64,000 bases of DNA from Marmoricola sp. (GTDB taxonomy: Bacteria > Actinomycetota > Actinomycetes > Propionibacteriales > Nocardioidaceae), in NCBI GenBank assembly GCA_050699415.1, contig JBOHDO010000135.1, forward strand, positions 112 through 64,111. Direction: 5' to 3'. A model generated the notes under the pieces. That model was not told the origin of the DNA. It saw only the letters and a program-made list of their open reading frames with translations, and ran no database searches. Position 1 is the stretch's first letter. Each line of letters opens with the position of its first letter. Shown here in pieces: positions 45,949 to 55,041 of the stretch. A program made the position numbers and the translations under genes.

Positions 45949-46097
45949 CACAGGACCTCCTTGGCTCCGGCGTCGAGGTTCGCCTTCCCCAGCGGTCTCG
46001 ACCTGGCCTCGCCGTACGGCGATCCCTGTGACAGGTGTGAACTTGTGATCCCATTGTGACGGATCGAGCACCATTGTGCCACTGCGACGGGCGAGAA

Positions 46098-47087
46098 TCA
46101 CCCCCCGATGTCGGTCGCCTGCCGTTGGCGACCGCTCACACGTGCGCGCTGCCGGTCGGCCCGGTCGGCCCGGTCGGCACCGGTCAGCGTGCCGAGCACC
46201 TCCTCGGCCAGCCCCATCCCGCCCAGGTGGGACTCCCCGGCGATCGTGCGGAACGTGGCGTCGGGCAGCCGTGCGGCCACGTGCTCCCCGTGCGCGTGCG
46301 GGACGATGTGGTCGGAGTCGCCGTGCCACCAGAGCACCGGCACGGTCACCTCGGCCGCCTCGAAGCCCCACGGCCGGGTGAACAGCACGATGTCGGCCAG
46401 CGGGGCGCTGACCTGGAACCGGGAGCCGTTGAGCAGGTCGTCGAGGAACATCGCACGGAACTCCGGGCGGGCAAGCAGCTCCTTGTCCCCCCGCGGCTGC
46501 ACCGCGCCGTAGGCGTCGAGGAAGCCGCCCGCCAGCGGACGCACCAGCCGGATCGCCTGCGCCAGCACGAAGCCCAGGGGCACGCGGGTCAGCGACAGCA
46601 CCGGGGCGGCGTACGGCGCCAGCTCGACCAGGCCACCCCGGATCGCGTCGGGCCCCTTGGTCGGTGCGACGCCGCCGAGCACGCCGACCCCCCTGACGCG
46701 CTCGGGCAGCGCCGCACCGGCGGCGAGCGCGTACGGCCCGCCCCCGGAGAGGCCGATCAGCCACATCCGCTCGATCGCCAGCGTGTCTGCCAGCAGCTCG
46801 AGGTCGCCGGTCCAGTCCAGGATGTCGGGGTACAGGTACGGCGTGGACGAGCCGATCCCGGGCCGGTCCACCCCGATGATCCGCAGGTCGTGCGCCTCGG
46901 CGAAGGCCCGCGCCTCGATCGGCACCTGGCGCCGCGCCCCGGGCGTACCGTGCATCCACACGATCGCGTCCCCGCGGGGCCGGCCGAACTCCGCGAACGA
47001 GAGCCGGCGGCCGTCGCGGACGGCGACGGAGCCCTCCAGCCGGGGCCGGTCGATGTCGGTGTCGGTGGCGGTGCTGCACGCGCTCAT
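46098..47087 (-). CDS. Alpha/beta fold hydrolase
   Basis: DGRRLSFAEFG, HGTPG, DRPGIG, GLSGGGPY, WHGDSD, ESHLG. Confidence 0.92.
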   Translation of the reverse strand: MSACSTATDTDIDRPRLEGSVAVRDGRRLSFAEFGRPRGDAIVWMHGTPGARRQVPIEARAFAEAHDLRIIGVDRPGIGSSTPYLYPDILDWTGDLELLADTLAIERMWLIGLSGGGPYALAAGAALPERVRGVGVLGGVAPTKGPDAIRGGLVELAPYAAPVLSLTRVPLGFVLAQAIRLVRPLAGGFLDAYGAVQPRGDKELLARPEFRAMFLDDLLNGSRFQVSAPLADIVLFTRPWGFEAAEVTVPVLWWHGDSDHIVPHAHGEHVAARLPDATFRTIAGESHLGGMGLAEEVLGTLTGADRADRADRQRARVSGRQRQATDIGG

Positions 47088-47109
47088 GGCCGGTATTCTC
47101 GCAGCAAAC

Positions 47110-47123
47110 GAGAACATGTTCTC
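47110..47123. promoter_or_regulatory. Perfect 14-bp palindrome GAGAACATGTTCTC over the hydrolase -35 region
   Basis: Seen directly. The -10 GAGAAT lies 7 nt before ATG 47087. Confidence 0.6.
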
Positions 47124-47129
47124 ACCTGC

Positions 47130-47936
47130 TCACGCAGTGTGCTCCACCCGTGCTGCCGCCTCGACCAGGTTGCCGGGGTCGAACAACGCGCCGAGCAGCT
47201 CGCCGCGACTGTCCACCCGGGGGCCGTCGATCACGGTCACGACCACGCAGGTGATGTTGTCGCTGCCACCCGCGCGCAGCGCCTCGGCGACCAGCACCTC
47301 CACGGCGGCGTCGTCGTCGTGCCCACTGAGCAGCTCGCCGATCCGGTCCTCGCAGACAAGGTCGGTGAGCCCGTCACTGGCGATCAGCAGGCGGTCCCCG
47401 GGGCGCACCGCCAGGGGCAGCACGTCGGCCGGCTGCAACACGTCGGCGTTGACCGTGCGCAGCACCACGTTCCGCCATGGGTGCGACCGGGCCTCCTCCT
47501 CGCTGATCCGCCCGTCGTCGACGAGGCCGGCAACCAGGGTGTGGTCCCGGGTGACCCGGATGAACTCGCCGTCCCGCAGCACGTAGCCGCGCGAGTCACC
47601 CAGGTGCGCCAGCGCGCAGCGCTCCCCGTTGGTGAGCACCGCGGTCAGAGTCGTCGCCATGCCCGCGCGGTCGGGGTCCTGCTCGACGCCCTGCGCCAGC
47701 AGCTGCTGTGCCAGGTGGACGCCAGCCGTCAGCACCAGTGTGGGGTCGTCGTCGCGTCGCGCCATCGCCGTCGCGCACAAGGCGTACGCCGCGGTCGCCG
47801 AGGCGACCTCACCCGCGGCTGAGCCACCCACCCCGTCGGTGACGAGGACCAGATCCGAACCCACGAAGCCGGAGTCCTCGTTGTGGTCGCGCACCAGGCC
47901 CGGATGCGTGGCCCCGGTCCCGGCCAACCGCAACAT
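47130..47936 (-). CDS. PP2C-family Ser/Thr protein phosphatase
   Basis: GLVRDHNEDS, TDGVGG, GMATTLTA, HLGDSRGY, ASDGL, GGSDNIT. Confidence 0.93.
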   Translation of the reverse strand: MLRLAGTGATHPGLVRDHNEDSGFVGSDLVLVTDGVGGSAAGEVASATAAYALCATAMARRDDDPTLVLTAGVHLAQQLLAQGVEQDPDRAGMATTLTAVLTNGERCALAHLGDSRGYVLRDGEFIRVTRDHTLVAGLVDDGRISEEEARSHPWRNVVLRTVNADVLQPADVLPLAVRPGDRLLIASDGLTDLVCEDRIGELLSGHDDDAAVEVLVAEALRAGGSDNITCVVVTVIDGPRVDSRGELLGALFDPGNLVEAAARVEHTA

Positions 47937-48169
47937 CGCAGCCTCCCCTTGTCCCCCGCCTGAACAACGTCTGGTCAGTCTGCCACGTTCCCGGTCGGCC
48001 CGGCGAGGTCCGAGCGAAGCGAGAAGGTCGAGTTGCGCCGGAGCCCAGCGAAGCCGCGCATCGAGACCCCTGACACCCGAGTCGCCGCCTGCGGGACCGA
48101 CGCAACCCGCCACCCCGCGGGAGGCGCCCGGGCAGACATCGCCCCGTCCGGCACGGCAAGATGAGGGCC

Positions 48170-49534
48170 ATGGCGTGGGTGCTGCTCGTGATCTCGGCGG
48201 GGCTGGTGCTGGGCAACGCCGTGTTCGGCTCGGCGGAGTACTCCTTCGTCCAGGCCGACCGGGCGCAGCTGGAGCGGGCGGTCGCCGAGGGCAACCCCCG
48301 GGCCCAGGGCGTGCTGCGAGCCATCGGCCGGCTGTCCACCCAGCTGTCCGGCGCCCAGGTGGGCATCACCGTGACCAACCTCGCCCTCGGCTTCCTCGCC
48401 GAGCCGGCGATCGCGTCCCTGCTGCACTCGCCGCTGCGGGCAGTCGGGGTCTCCGAAGGAGCTGTCGGGGGGATCGCGGTGGCGATCGGCATGGTGATCG
48501 CCACGGTGGTGACGATGCTGTTCGGCGAGCTGGTGCCCAAGAAGGTCGCGATCGCCCGGCCGCTGGGCACGGCGATGGCGACCCAGGCGTTCATGCGGGG
48601 CTTCACGCTGGTGATGCTCGGGCCCATCCGGCTCCTCAACGGCTCGGCCAACGCGATCGTGCGCCTGTTCGGCATCGAGCCGCAGGAGGAGCTGCGCTCG
48701 GCCCGCTCCTCCGACGAGCTGGCCTCGTTGGCCGGGCGCTCGGCCTCGGAGGGCACGCTGGACTCCGGGACCGCGACCCTGGTGCAGAAGTCGGTGGCGT
48801 TCGGGGAGCGCACCGCCGGGGAGATCATGACGCCACGGGTGCGCATGGCCACGGTCGAGATCGGCGACCCGGTGCGGGAGGTCATCGAGCTGTCCGAGGT
48901 CACCGGCTTCTCGAAGTTCCCCGTGATCAAGGGCAGCACCGACAACGTGGTCGGATCGGTGCACGTCAAGCAGGTGGTCACCATCCCGCGCCAGGAGCGG
49001 CCGCGGGTGCAGGTGCGCCAGATCATGGTCCCGGCGACCGTGGTGCCGGAGTCGCTGCGGCTGGACCCGCTGCTGACGCTGCTGCGCGGTGAGGGCTTCC
49101 AGATGGCGATCGTCTCCGACGAGTACGGCGGCACCGCCGGCGTGGTCACGCTCGAGGACGTGGTGGAGGAGATCGTCGGCGACATCTCCGACGAGCACGA
49201 CCGGTACCGGTCCCGGATGCGGCGCCGGCCCGACGGCTCCTGGATCGTCTCCGGGTTGCTGCGGCCCGACGAGGTGGCCGAGGCGACCGGGCTGGACCTG
49301 CCCGAGGACGAGTCCTACGACACCGTGGCCGGGCTGCTGGTCAAGCTGCTGGGGCGGATCCCCGAGCGGGGGGACCGGGTCACCGTCGAGCTCCCGCCCG
49401 TCGTACCCGAGGACGAGGACGCGGAGCTGGTGCGCCAGTTCGCCCAGCTCCGCGTGGAGCGCATGGACGGGCTGCGGGTCGACCGGATCTCGGTGCGCCT
49501 GCTCGAGCCGGTCGAGCCCGAGGACGACGAGTGA
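48170..49534 (+). CDS. Hemolysin-family CNNM/CBS protein (HlyC/CorC)
   Basis: AEYSFV, QVGITVTNL, FGELVPK, CBS pair, DEYGGTAG.VTLEDVVEEIVG, C-terminal CorC domain (YDTVAG). Confidence 0.93.
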   Translation: MAWVLLVISAGLVLGNAVFGSAEYSFVQADRAQLERAVAEGNPRAQGVLRAIGRLSTQLSGAQVGITVTNLALGFLAEPAIASLLHSPLRAVGVSEGAVGGIAVAIGMVIATVVTMLFGELVPKKVAIARPLGTAMATQAFMRGFTLVMLGPIRLLNGSANAIVRLFGIEPQEELRSARSSDELASLAGRSASEGTLDSGTATLVQKSVAFGERTAGEIMTPRVRMATVEIGDPVREVIELSEVTGFSKFPVIKGSTDNVVGSVHVKQVVTIPRQERPRVQVRQIMVPATVVPESLRLDPLLTLLRGEGFQMAIVSDEYGGTAGVVTLEDVVEEIVGDISDEHDRYRSRMRRRPDGSWIVSGLLRPDEVAEATGLDLPEDESYDTVAGLLVKLLGRIPERGDRVTVELPPVVPEDEDAELVRQFAQLRVERMDGLRVDRISVRLLEPVEPEDDE

Positions 49535-49574
49535 GCCGTCCCCGAAGACCGCTGCGGCAACGCCGGGAGCGGCG

Positions 49575-50618
49575 ATGAGCACCTCCTGGGCCCTGCTGCT
49601 CTCGGTGCTGCTGCTGCTCGGCAACGCCTACTTCACCGCGTCGGAGTTCGCCCTGGTCTCCTCGCGCCGCTCGAAGGTCGAGCCACGGGCGGCAGCGGGG
49701 TCGCGCACGGCCCGGACCACCCTGCGGGCCCTCGAGCAGCTCAACTACGTGATCGCGGCCGCCCAGCTGGGCATCACGGTGTGCTCCCTGGGCCTGGGCG
49801 CGGTCGCCGAGCCCACGATCGGTCACCTGCTGGAGCCGGCAGTCGGGGCGATGGGACTCTCCGACTCCGTCGACAACGTGGTGGCGTTCGCCGTCACCCT
49901 GGCGCTGGTGGTCTACTTCCACGTCGTCCTGGGCGAGATGGTGCCCAAGAACGTCTCGCTGGCCGGGCCCGAGCGCGCGGCCATGGTCCTGGGCGTCCCG
50001 ATGATGGCCCTGGTCACCGTGCTCAAGCCGGCGGTGATCGCGCTCGACGTCACCAGCGACGCGGCGGTGCGGCTGCTGCGGATCGAGCCGCGCAGCAGCC
50101 GGATCTCCTCGTTCACCCTCGAGGAGGTCGAGGCGATGGTGGACGAGTCCCGGGAGGAGGGCCTGCTGGAGGAGGACGAGTACGAGCGCCTCGCGGGGGC
50201 CCTGGGCTTCACCTCCCGGACCGTGGCCGACGTACTCCTGCCGCTCGACCGGCTGCAGACGGTCCGGCGGGGCGCCCGGGTGACCGAGGTCGAGAGGATC
50301 TGCGCCGGGACCGGGTTCTCCCGCTTCCCCGTGGTCGACCACGACGGCGAGCTGGTCGGCTACCTGCACATCAAGGACGTGCTGCAGCCCGACCCGCACG
50401 GCCGGGCGACCGTGGTCGAGGACAGCTGGATCCGCCCGTTCGCGGCGGTGCCGGCGGAGAGCACGCTGGGCAACGCGCTGCAGCGGCTGCAGGCCAAGGG
50501 CGCACACATGGCGCTGGTGGTCGACCGCAGCGGTACGCCGCTCGGCGTGGCCACGCTCGAGGACCTGATCGAAGAGCTGGTCGGCGAGATCCGCGACGCC
50601 TCCCACGCCGAGGGCTGA
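49575..50618 (+). CDS. Second hemolysin-family CNNM/CBS protein (no CorC tail)
   Basis: ASEFALV, QLGITVCSL, LGEMVPKN, GFSRFPV, TLEDLIEELVG. Confidence 0.92.
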   Translation: MSTSWALLLSVLLLLGNAYFTASEFALVSSRRSKVEPRAAAGSRTARTTLRALEQLNYVIAAAQLGITVCSLGLGAVAEPTIGHLLEPAVGAMGLSDSVDNVVAFAVTLALVVYFHVVLGEMVPKNVSLAGPERAAMVLGVPMMALVTVLKPAVIALDVTSDAAVRLLRIEPRSSRISSFTLEEVEAMVDESREEGLLEEDEYERLAGALGFTSRTVADVLLPLDRLQTVRRGARVTEVERICAGTGFSRFPVVDHDGELVGYLHIKDVLQPDPHGRATVVEDSWIRPFAAVPAESTLGNALQRLQAKGAHMALVVDRSGTPLGVATLEDLIEELVGEIRDASHAEG

Positions 50619-50643
50619 CCACTCCCCCGACACCGTCCGGGGG

Positions 50644-52095
50644 TCAGCGGCCGCGGCGGGCACTGGGCAGCACGAGCCGGAAGCACGCCCCGCCGTCACG
50701 GCCGGTCTCGTAGTCCAGGGTGCCCTCGTGGGCACGGGCGATCCCCTGGGCGATCGCGAGCCCGAGTCCGGTACTGCCCCGCTCCCGCGAACGTGAGGTG
50801 TCGCCGCGGGTGAAGCGTTCGAAGATCCCCTCCTGCAGGTCCGGTGGCACCCCCGGGCCGTCGTCGGCCACCCATGCCTCCACGCGGTCGGCCGCCACCG
50901 CGATACCGGCGGTGACCGAGGTGCCGGCTGAGGTGTGGGTGCGGGCGTTGCCGAGCAGGTTGGCGAACAGCTGCCGCAGCCGATCCTCGTCCCCCTCGAC
51001 GGTGACCGCCTCCTCGGGGAGGTCCAGCTCCCAGCGGTGGTCCGGTGCCGCGGCCCGGGCCTCGGCGACGGTGTCGAGCAGCAGCCGGGTCAGGTCGACC
51101 GGCTCGTCCCGCAGCGGCCGGCCGGCGTCGAGCCGGGCGAGCAGCAGCAGGTCGGCGACCAGCACGCCCATCCGGTCGGCGGCACCGTGGATCCGGGCCA
51201 GCGCGTCGGCGTTCGCGTCCGGGTCCTCGGGGGCCCGTGCGGCGTACTCGGTGCTCGCGATGATGGTGGCCAGCGGCGTACGCAGCTCGTGGCTGGCATC
51301 GGCGACGAACCGGCGCAGCTGCGCCTCGGTGGCGTCGCGCGAGGCCATCGCCTGGCGGACCCGGTCGAGCATCCGGTCGAAGGCCTCGCTGACCTGGTCG
51401 ACCTCGCGCGCGGAGCGCTCAGGCGCGGCCGTCGTCGGGAGGGGCTCGTCGGGACCCGTCAGGGCGAGCGTGGAGACCCCCAGTGCGGTGTGCGCCAGCT
51501 GGTCGAGCGGGCGCATCGAGCGGCGTACGACGAGGCCGGCGGCGGCGCCGCCGAACACGACCAGGCCGGCGAACAGGGCGACCTCGACCACCAGAAGCTG
51601 TGCAAGGGTCTTGTCGACGGGCCCCAGCGGCAGCCCGGTCAGCTGGATGCCCCCGTGGTGGCCGCGCACGGCCCGGACCCGGTAGTCCCCCACCTTGTGC
51701 AGGTCCAGCGAGTGCGCCCCGGTGCCGGGCCGAACCCGCCGTACGCTCGCCGCGCTGGCGGGGTCCAGCCGCACCTGGACCGTCCTGCCGTCCTCGCCGA
51801 CCACCGCGGACTGGGTGATCCTGCCGTGGGCGACCCGGATCCCGAGGGTGCCCTCCGACTGGCCGGGAATGACGTCGTCGGGGTCGTCGTCGCGGCGGGT
51901 TCCGGACCCGGGGTGCTCCAGGCTTGCCGCGTAGCGGCCGCCGGCGGCGACCAGCTGCTCGTCGACCCGGACGACCAGGAAGTGCTGCAGGAACACCGCG
52001 CTGACCACGCCCACGACCAGGCCCGCGACCAGCAGCACGACCACCATGCCGACGGTCAGCCGGCCGCGCAGGCTCGCCGTACGCCGGCGGCTCAT
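50644..52095 (-). CDS. Membrane sensor histidine kinase (2 TM, HAMP)
   Basis: FVADASHELRTPL, NLLGNARTH, DDGPG, IFERF, GLGL. Confidence 0.95.
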   Translation of the reverse strand: MSRRRTASLRGRLTVGMVVVLLVAGLVVGVVSAVFLQHFLVVRVDEQLVAAGGRYAASLEHPGSGTRRDDDPDDVIPGQSEGTLGIRVAHGRITQSAVVGEDGRTVQVRLDPASAASVRRVRPGTGAHSLDLHKVGDYRVRAVRGHHGGIQLTGLPLGPVDKTLAQLLVVEVALFAGLVVFGGAAAGLVVRRSMRPLDQLAHTALGVSTLALTGPDEPLPTTAAPERSAREVDQVSEAFDRMLDRVRQAMASRDATEAQLRRFVADASHELRTPLATIIASTEYAARAPEDPDANADALARIHGAADRMGVLVADLLLLARLDAGRPLRDEPVDLTRLLLDTVAEARAAAPDHRWELDLPEEAVTVEGDEDRLRQLFANLLGNARTHTSAGTSVTAGIAVAADRVEAWVADDGPGVPPDLQEGIFERFTRGDTSRSRERGSTGLGLAIAQGIARAHEGTLDYETGRDGGACFRLVLPSARRGR

Positions 52096-52853
52096 GACGG
52101 CGGGCGCAGCACGTAGCCAGCCCCGCGCACGGTGTGGATCAGCGGCTCCCGGCCGGCGTCGACCTTCTTGCGGAGGTAGCTGATGTAGAGCTCGACGACG
52201 TGGGCCCGGCCGCCGAAGTCGTAGTTCCAGACGTTGTCGAGGATCTGCGCCTTGGAGACCACCCGGCGGGCGTTGCGCATCAGGTAGCGCAGCAGCTCGA
52301 ACTCGGTGGCGGTGAGCTCGATCCGGGCGCCGGCGCGGAACACCTCGTGCCCGTCCTCGTCCAGGCTCAGGTCGGCCATCTGCAACGCGGCAGGCCCCTG
52401 GGCCCGGGTGTGACCGGCGCGGCGCAGCAGTCCGCGCAGCCGGGCCAGCACCTCCTCGAGGCTGAACGGCTTGGTGACGTAGTCGTCCGCGCCGGCGGTC
52501 AGCCCGGCGATGCGCTGCTCGACCTCGTCGCGGGCGGTCAGGAACAGCACCGAGACGCCGGGGTCAGCCGCCCGCACGCGCGAGAGCACGCCCATGCCGT
52601 CGAGGTCGGGAAGCATGATGTCGAGCACGATCACGTCGGGTCTCAGCTGCTTCGCACACCGGACCGCATCGGACCCGGTGTACGCCGTGTGGGCCTCCCA
52701 GCCGTCGCGCCGGAGCACGCTGGCGAGCACCTCGGCGAGGCTCTGCTCGTCGTCGACCACCAGCGCGACCGGGGTCTGGCCTCCGGCGCCCTCGGGCGAC
52801 GGACCGGCGCCGGCCCCGGTCCCGGTCCCGGCGGAGTGTTCGCTCACGCCCAC
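52092..52853 (-). CDS. OmpR-family response regulator (TrcR/TcrX-like)
   Basis: LVVDDE, LDIMLP, GADDYVTKPF, LTATEFELL, NVWNYDFGG, HTVRGAGY. Confidence 0.95.
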   Translation of the reverse strand: MGVSEHSAGTGTGAGAGPSPEGAGGQTPVALVVDDEQSLAEVLASVLRRDGWEAHTAYTGSDAVRCAKQLRPDVIVLDIMLPDLDGMGVLSRVRAADPGVSVLFLTARDEVEQRIAGLTAGADDYVTKPFSLEEVLARLRGLLRRAGHTRAQGPAALQMADLSLDEDGHEVFRAGARIELTATEFELLRYLMRNARRVVSKAQILDNVWNYDFGGRAHVVELYISYLRKKVDAGREPLIHTVRGAGYVLRPPS

Positions 52854-52997
52854 ATCGTCGCGTCCCGGCCCGCGGGGAACCTCAGAAGAACCTGTGAGTC
52901 TCCTCAGAACTGGCAGTTCAGAGGCTGCGGAGAGGTTCCCGTAACGGTGCGCTCAGCAGGCCGGGTCACCGTGGGAGCCAACCGATGGAGGAGACCC

Positions 52998-53801
52998 ATG
53001 ACGACACGCCACACCCCGTGGCCGTCGGCGACGCAGGCCGGCGAGCGCTCCGGCGAGGCCGGGATGCGCACGCCCGCGGCGATCCACGACGTACTCGCCC
53101 ATGCCACCGGCCGGCGCGAGCGCGACAACCCGGTGCACGCGCCCACCGGCGGCCCCGCCGGCAACGCTCTGCTCACCGCCTGGATCGGCGTCGTGCTGCT
53201 CGTGCTGTTCGTCGCCCAGCTGCTGACCCTGTTCGACATCGGTGGCCTGATCAGCTGGCACGTGGCGATCGGCGCCCTGCTGCTCCCCCCGGCACTGGCC
53301 AAGACCGGCGCGACCGCCTGGCGGCTGGTGCACTACTACCGAGGCCACCGCGCGTACGTCGCCGCCGGCCCCCCACCGGCACTGCTGCGGTGGCTGGGGC
53401 CTGCGGTGGTGGCGAGCACGCTCGCGCTGCTCGGAACCGGCACGACGCTCGTGCTCCTCGGCGCCGGCACCAGCCAGACCGAGCTCGTCTCGATCCTGGG
53501 ATTCCGGGTCGACTGGGTGACGCTGCACCAGGCCGCGTTCGCAGTGTGGGCGACGGCCACCGGGCTGCACGTCCTGGCCCGGCTGGTGCCGGCGCTGCGG
53601 CTGGTCGGCTCGAGGTCCGGGCGACGCTCCCCGGTGCCCGGCGCCCCGTGGCGGTTCGCGGTCGCGGGCCTCGCGGCCGCGGTCGCCGTACCGACGGCGG
53701 TGCTGCTGGTGCACGCCGACAGCTCCTGGCAGGCCGACAGTGCACCTGCCCCGACAACCACCCTGAGAGCAACCACCCTGGGAGCCCCCCATGCCCGCTG
53801 A
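52998..53801 (+). CDS. Polytopic membrane protein with intramembrane His residues (cytochrome-b-like; inferred)
   Basis: SD GGAGGAG before ATG 52998. Five or six TM segments with SWHVAIG, TLHQAAF, GLHVLAR. Overlaps the murT start. Confidence 0.75.
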   Translation: MTTRHTPWPSATQAGERSGEAGMRTPAAIHDVLAHATGRRERDNPVHAPTGGPAGNALLTAWIGVVLLVLFVAQLLTLFDIGGLISWHVAIGALLLPPALAKTGATAWRLVHYYRGHRAYVAAGPPPALLRWLGPAVVASTLALLGTGTTLVLLGAGTSQTELVSILGFRVDWVTLHQAAFAVWATATGLHVLARLVPALRLVGSRSGRRSPVPGAPWRFAVAGLAAAVAVPTAVLLVHADSSWQADSAPAPTTTLRATTLGAPHAR

Positions 53802-55041
53802 CTCGTTGCACGGTCCCGCTGCTGGCCCCACCGGGGTGCGGCTGACCACCACCCTCGCTGCCGCGCGAACCGCGGCCTGGCTCTCGCGCCACGTCACCGG
53901 CGGCACCGGCAGGACGATCGCGGGGCGAACGCTGCTGGCCCTGGACCCGGATGCGCCGGACCAGCTCACCGCCGGGCGCAACGTCACCCTGGTCAGCGGC
54001 ACGAACGGGAAGACGACGACGACGGCGATGCTCACCGCGGCGCTACGCACCCGCTTCACCACCGCCAGCAACGCCGACGGGGCGAACACCCCGGCCGGCA
54101 TGGTCAGCGCCCTGGCCGCGGACCGCGCCGGCCATGCAGTGCTGGAGGTGGACGAGGGCTGGCTGCCGTGGGCCGTGGAGCGGCTGCGTCCCTCCCGGGT
54201 CGTCCTGCTCAACCTGTCCCGCGACCAGCTGCACCGGCACCCGGAGGTGCACCGGCTGGCGGCCGAGTGGCGCCACGCGTTGCGCAACGTGCCACTCGTG
54301 GTGGCCAACGCCGACGACCCGGCGGTGGCCTGGGCCGCCGCCACCGCCCGGAGCCTGATCTGGGTCGGTGCCGGGCAGGACTGGTTGCAGGACTCGATGT
54401 CCTGCCCGGCGTGTGGCGGCCTGTTGACCCGGACGGACGGCATCTGGGCCTGTGGCTGCGGCTGCCGTCGGCCGACCCCCGTCTGGTCGACGACCGGGGG
54501 AATCCTGCGCCACCACGGCCAGGAGATCCACCTGTCGCTGGGTGTTCCCGGCGGTGTGAACCTCGGGAACGCCGCACTCGCGGTCGCGGCCGCGTCGGCG
54601 ACCGGGGTCGAGCCCGACGCGGCGGCCCGCGGGACCGGGACCGTGCACGACATCGCCGGTCGCTACGGCCGGGTCCGTTACCGGGACCAGCAGGTCCGTC
54701 TGCTCCTGGCCAAGAACCCGGCCGGCTGGGACGCCGCGCTGCAGACCGTCTCGCCCTCGTCCGTCCCGCTCGTGGTGGTGTTCAACGCGGAGGGCGTCGA
54801 CGGCCGCGACCCCTCATGGCTGTACGACGTGGACTTCGGCCGACTCGCGGGGCGGCCGATCGCCGTGACCGGCCGGCGGGGCACCGACATCTTCGTCCGG
54901 CTGCGCATGGCCGGCCTGTCCCCGGTGGGCCAGTTCGACACGGTGGCCGGCGCACTGCGCGCCCTGCCGGACGGGCCGGTCGACCTCGTCGCGAACTACA
55001 CCGCGTTCCAGGAGTCGAGGAGGGCGCTCCATGCCGCATGA
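53791..55041 (+). CDS. murT: Lipid II isoglutaminyl synthase subunit MurT
   Basis: VSGTNGKTTT, LEVDE, NLSRDQL, CPACG...CGCG zinc motif, LAKNPAG, DUF1727-like C-terminus. Confidence 0.9.
   Translation: MPADSLHGPAAGPTGVRLTTTLAAARTAAWLSRHVTGGTGRTIAGRTLLALDPDAPDQLTAGRNVTLVSGTNGKTTTTAMLTAALRTRFTTASNADGANTPAGMVSALAADRAGHAVLEVDEGWLPWAVERLRPSRVVLLNLSRDQLHRHPEVHRLAAEWRHALRNVPLVVANADDPAVAWAAATARSLIWVGAGQDWLQDSMSCPACGGLLTRTDGIWACGCGCRRPTPVWSTTGGILRHHGQEIHLSLGVPGGVNLGNAALAVAAASATGVEPDAAARGTGTVHDIAGRYGRVRYRDQQVRLLLAKNPAGWDAALQTVSPSSVPLVVVFNAEGVDGRDPSWLYDVDFGRLAGRPIAVTGRRGTDIFVRLRMAGLSPVGQFDTVAGALRALPDGPVDLVANYTAFQESRRALHAA

Noticed and set aside
46152-46178. CCGGTCGGC x3 tandem repeat
   Set aside because: It encodes a low-complexity ADRADRADR tail of the hydrolase; ordinary slippage.
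48170-50618. Tandem hemolysin-family genes as toxins
   Set aside because: These are CNNM/CorC-type Mg2+/Co2+ homeostasis proteins, and tandem pairs are common in actinobacteria.
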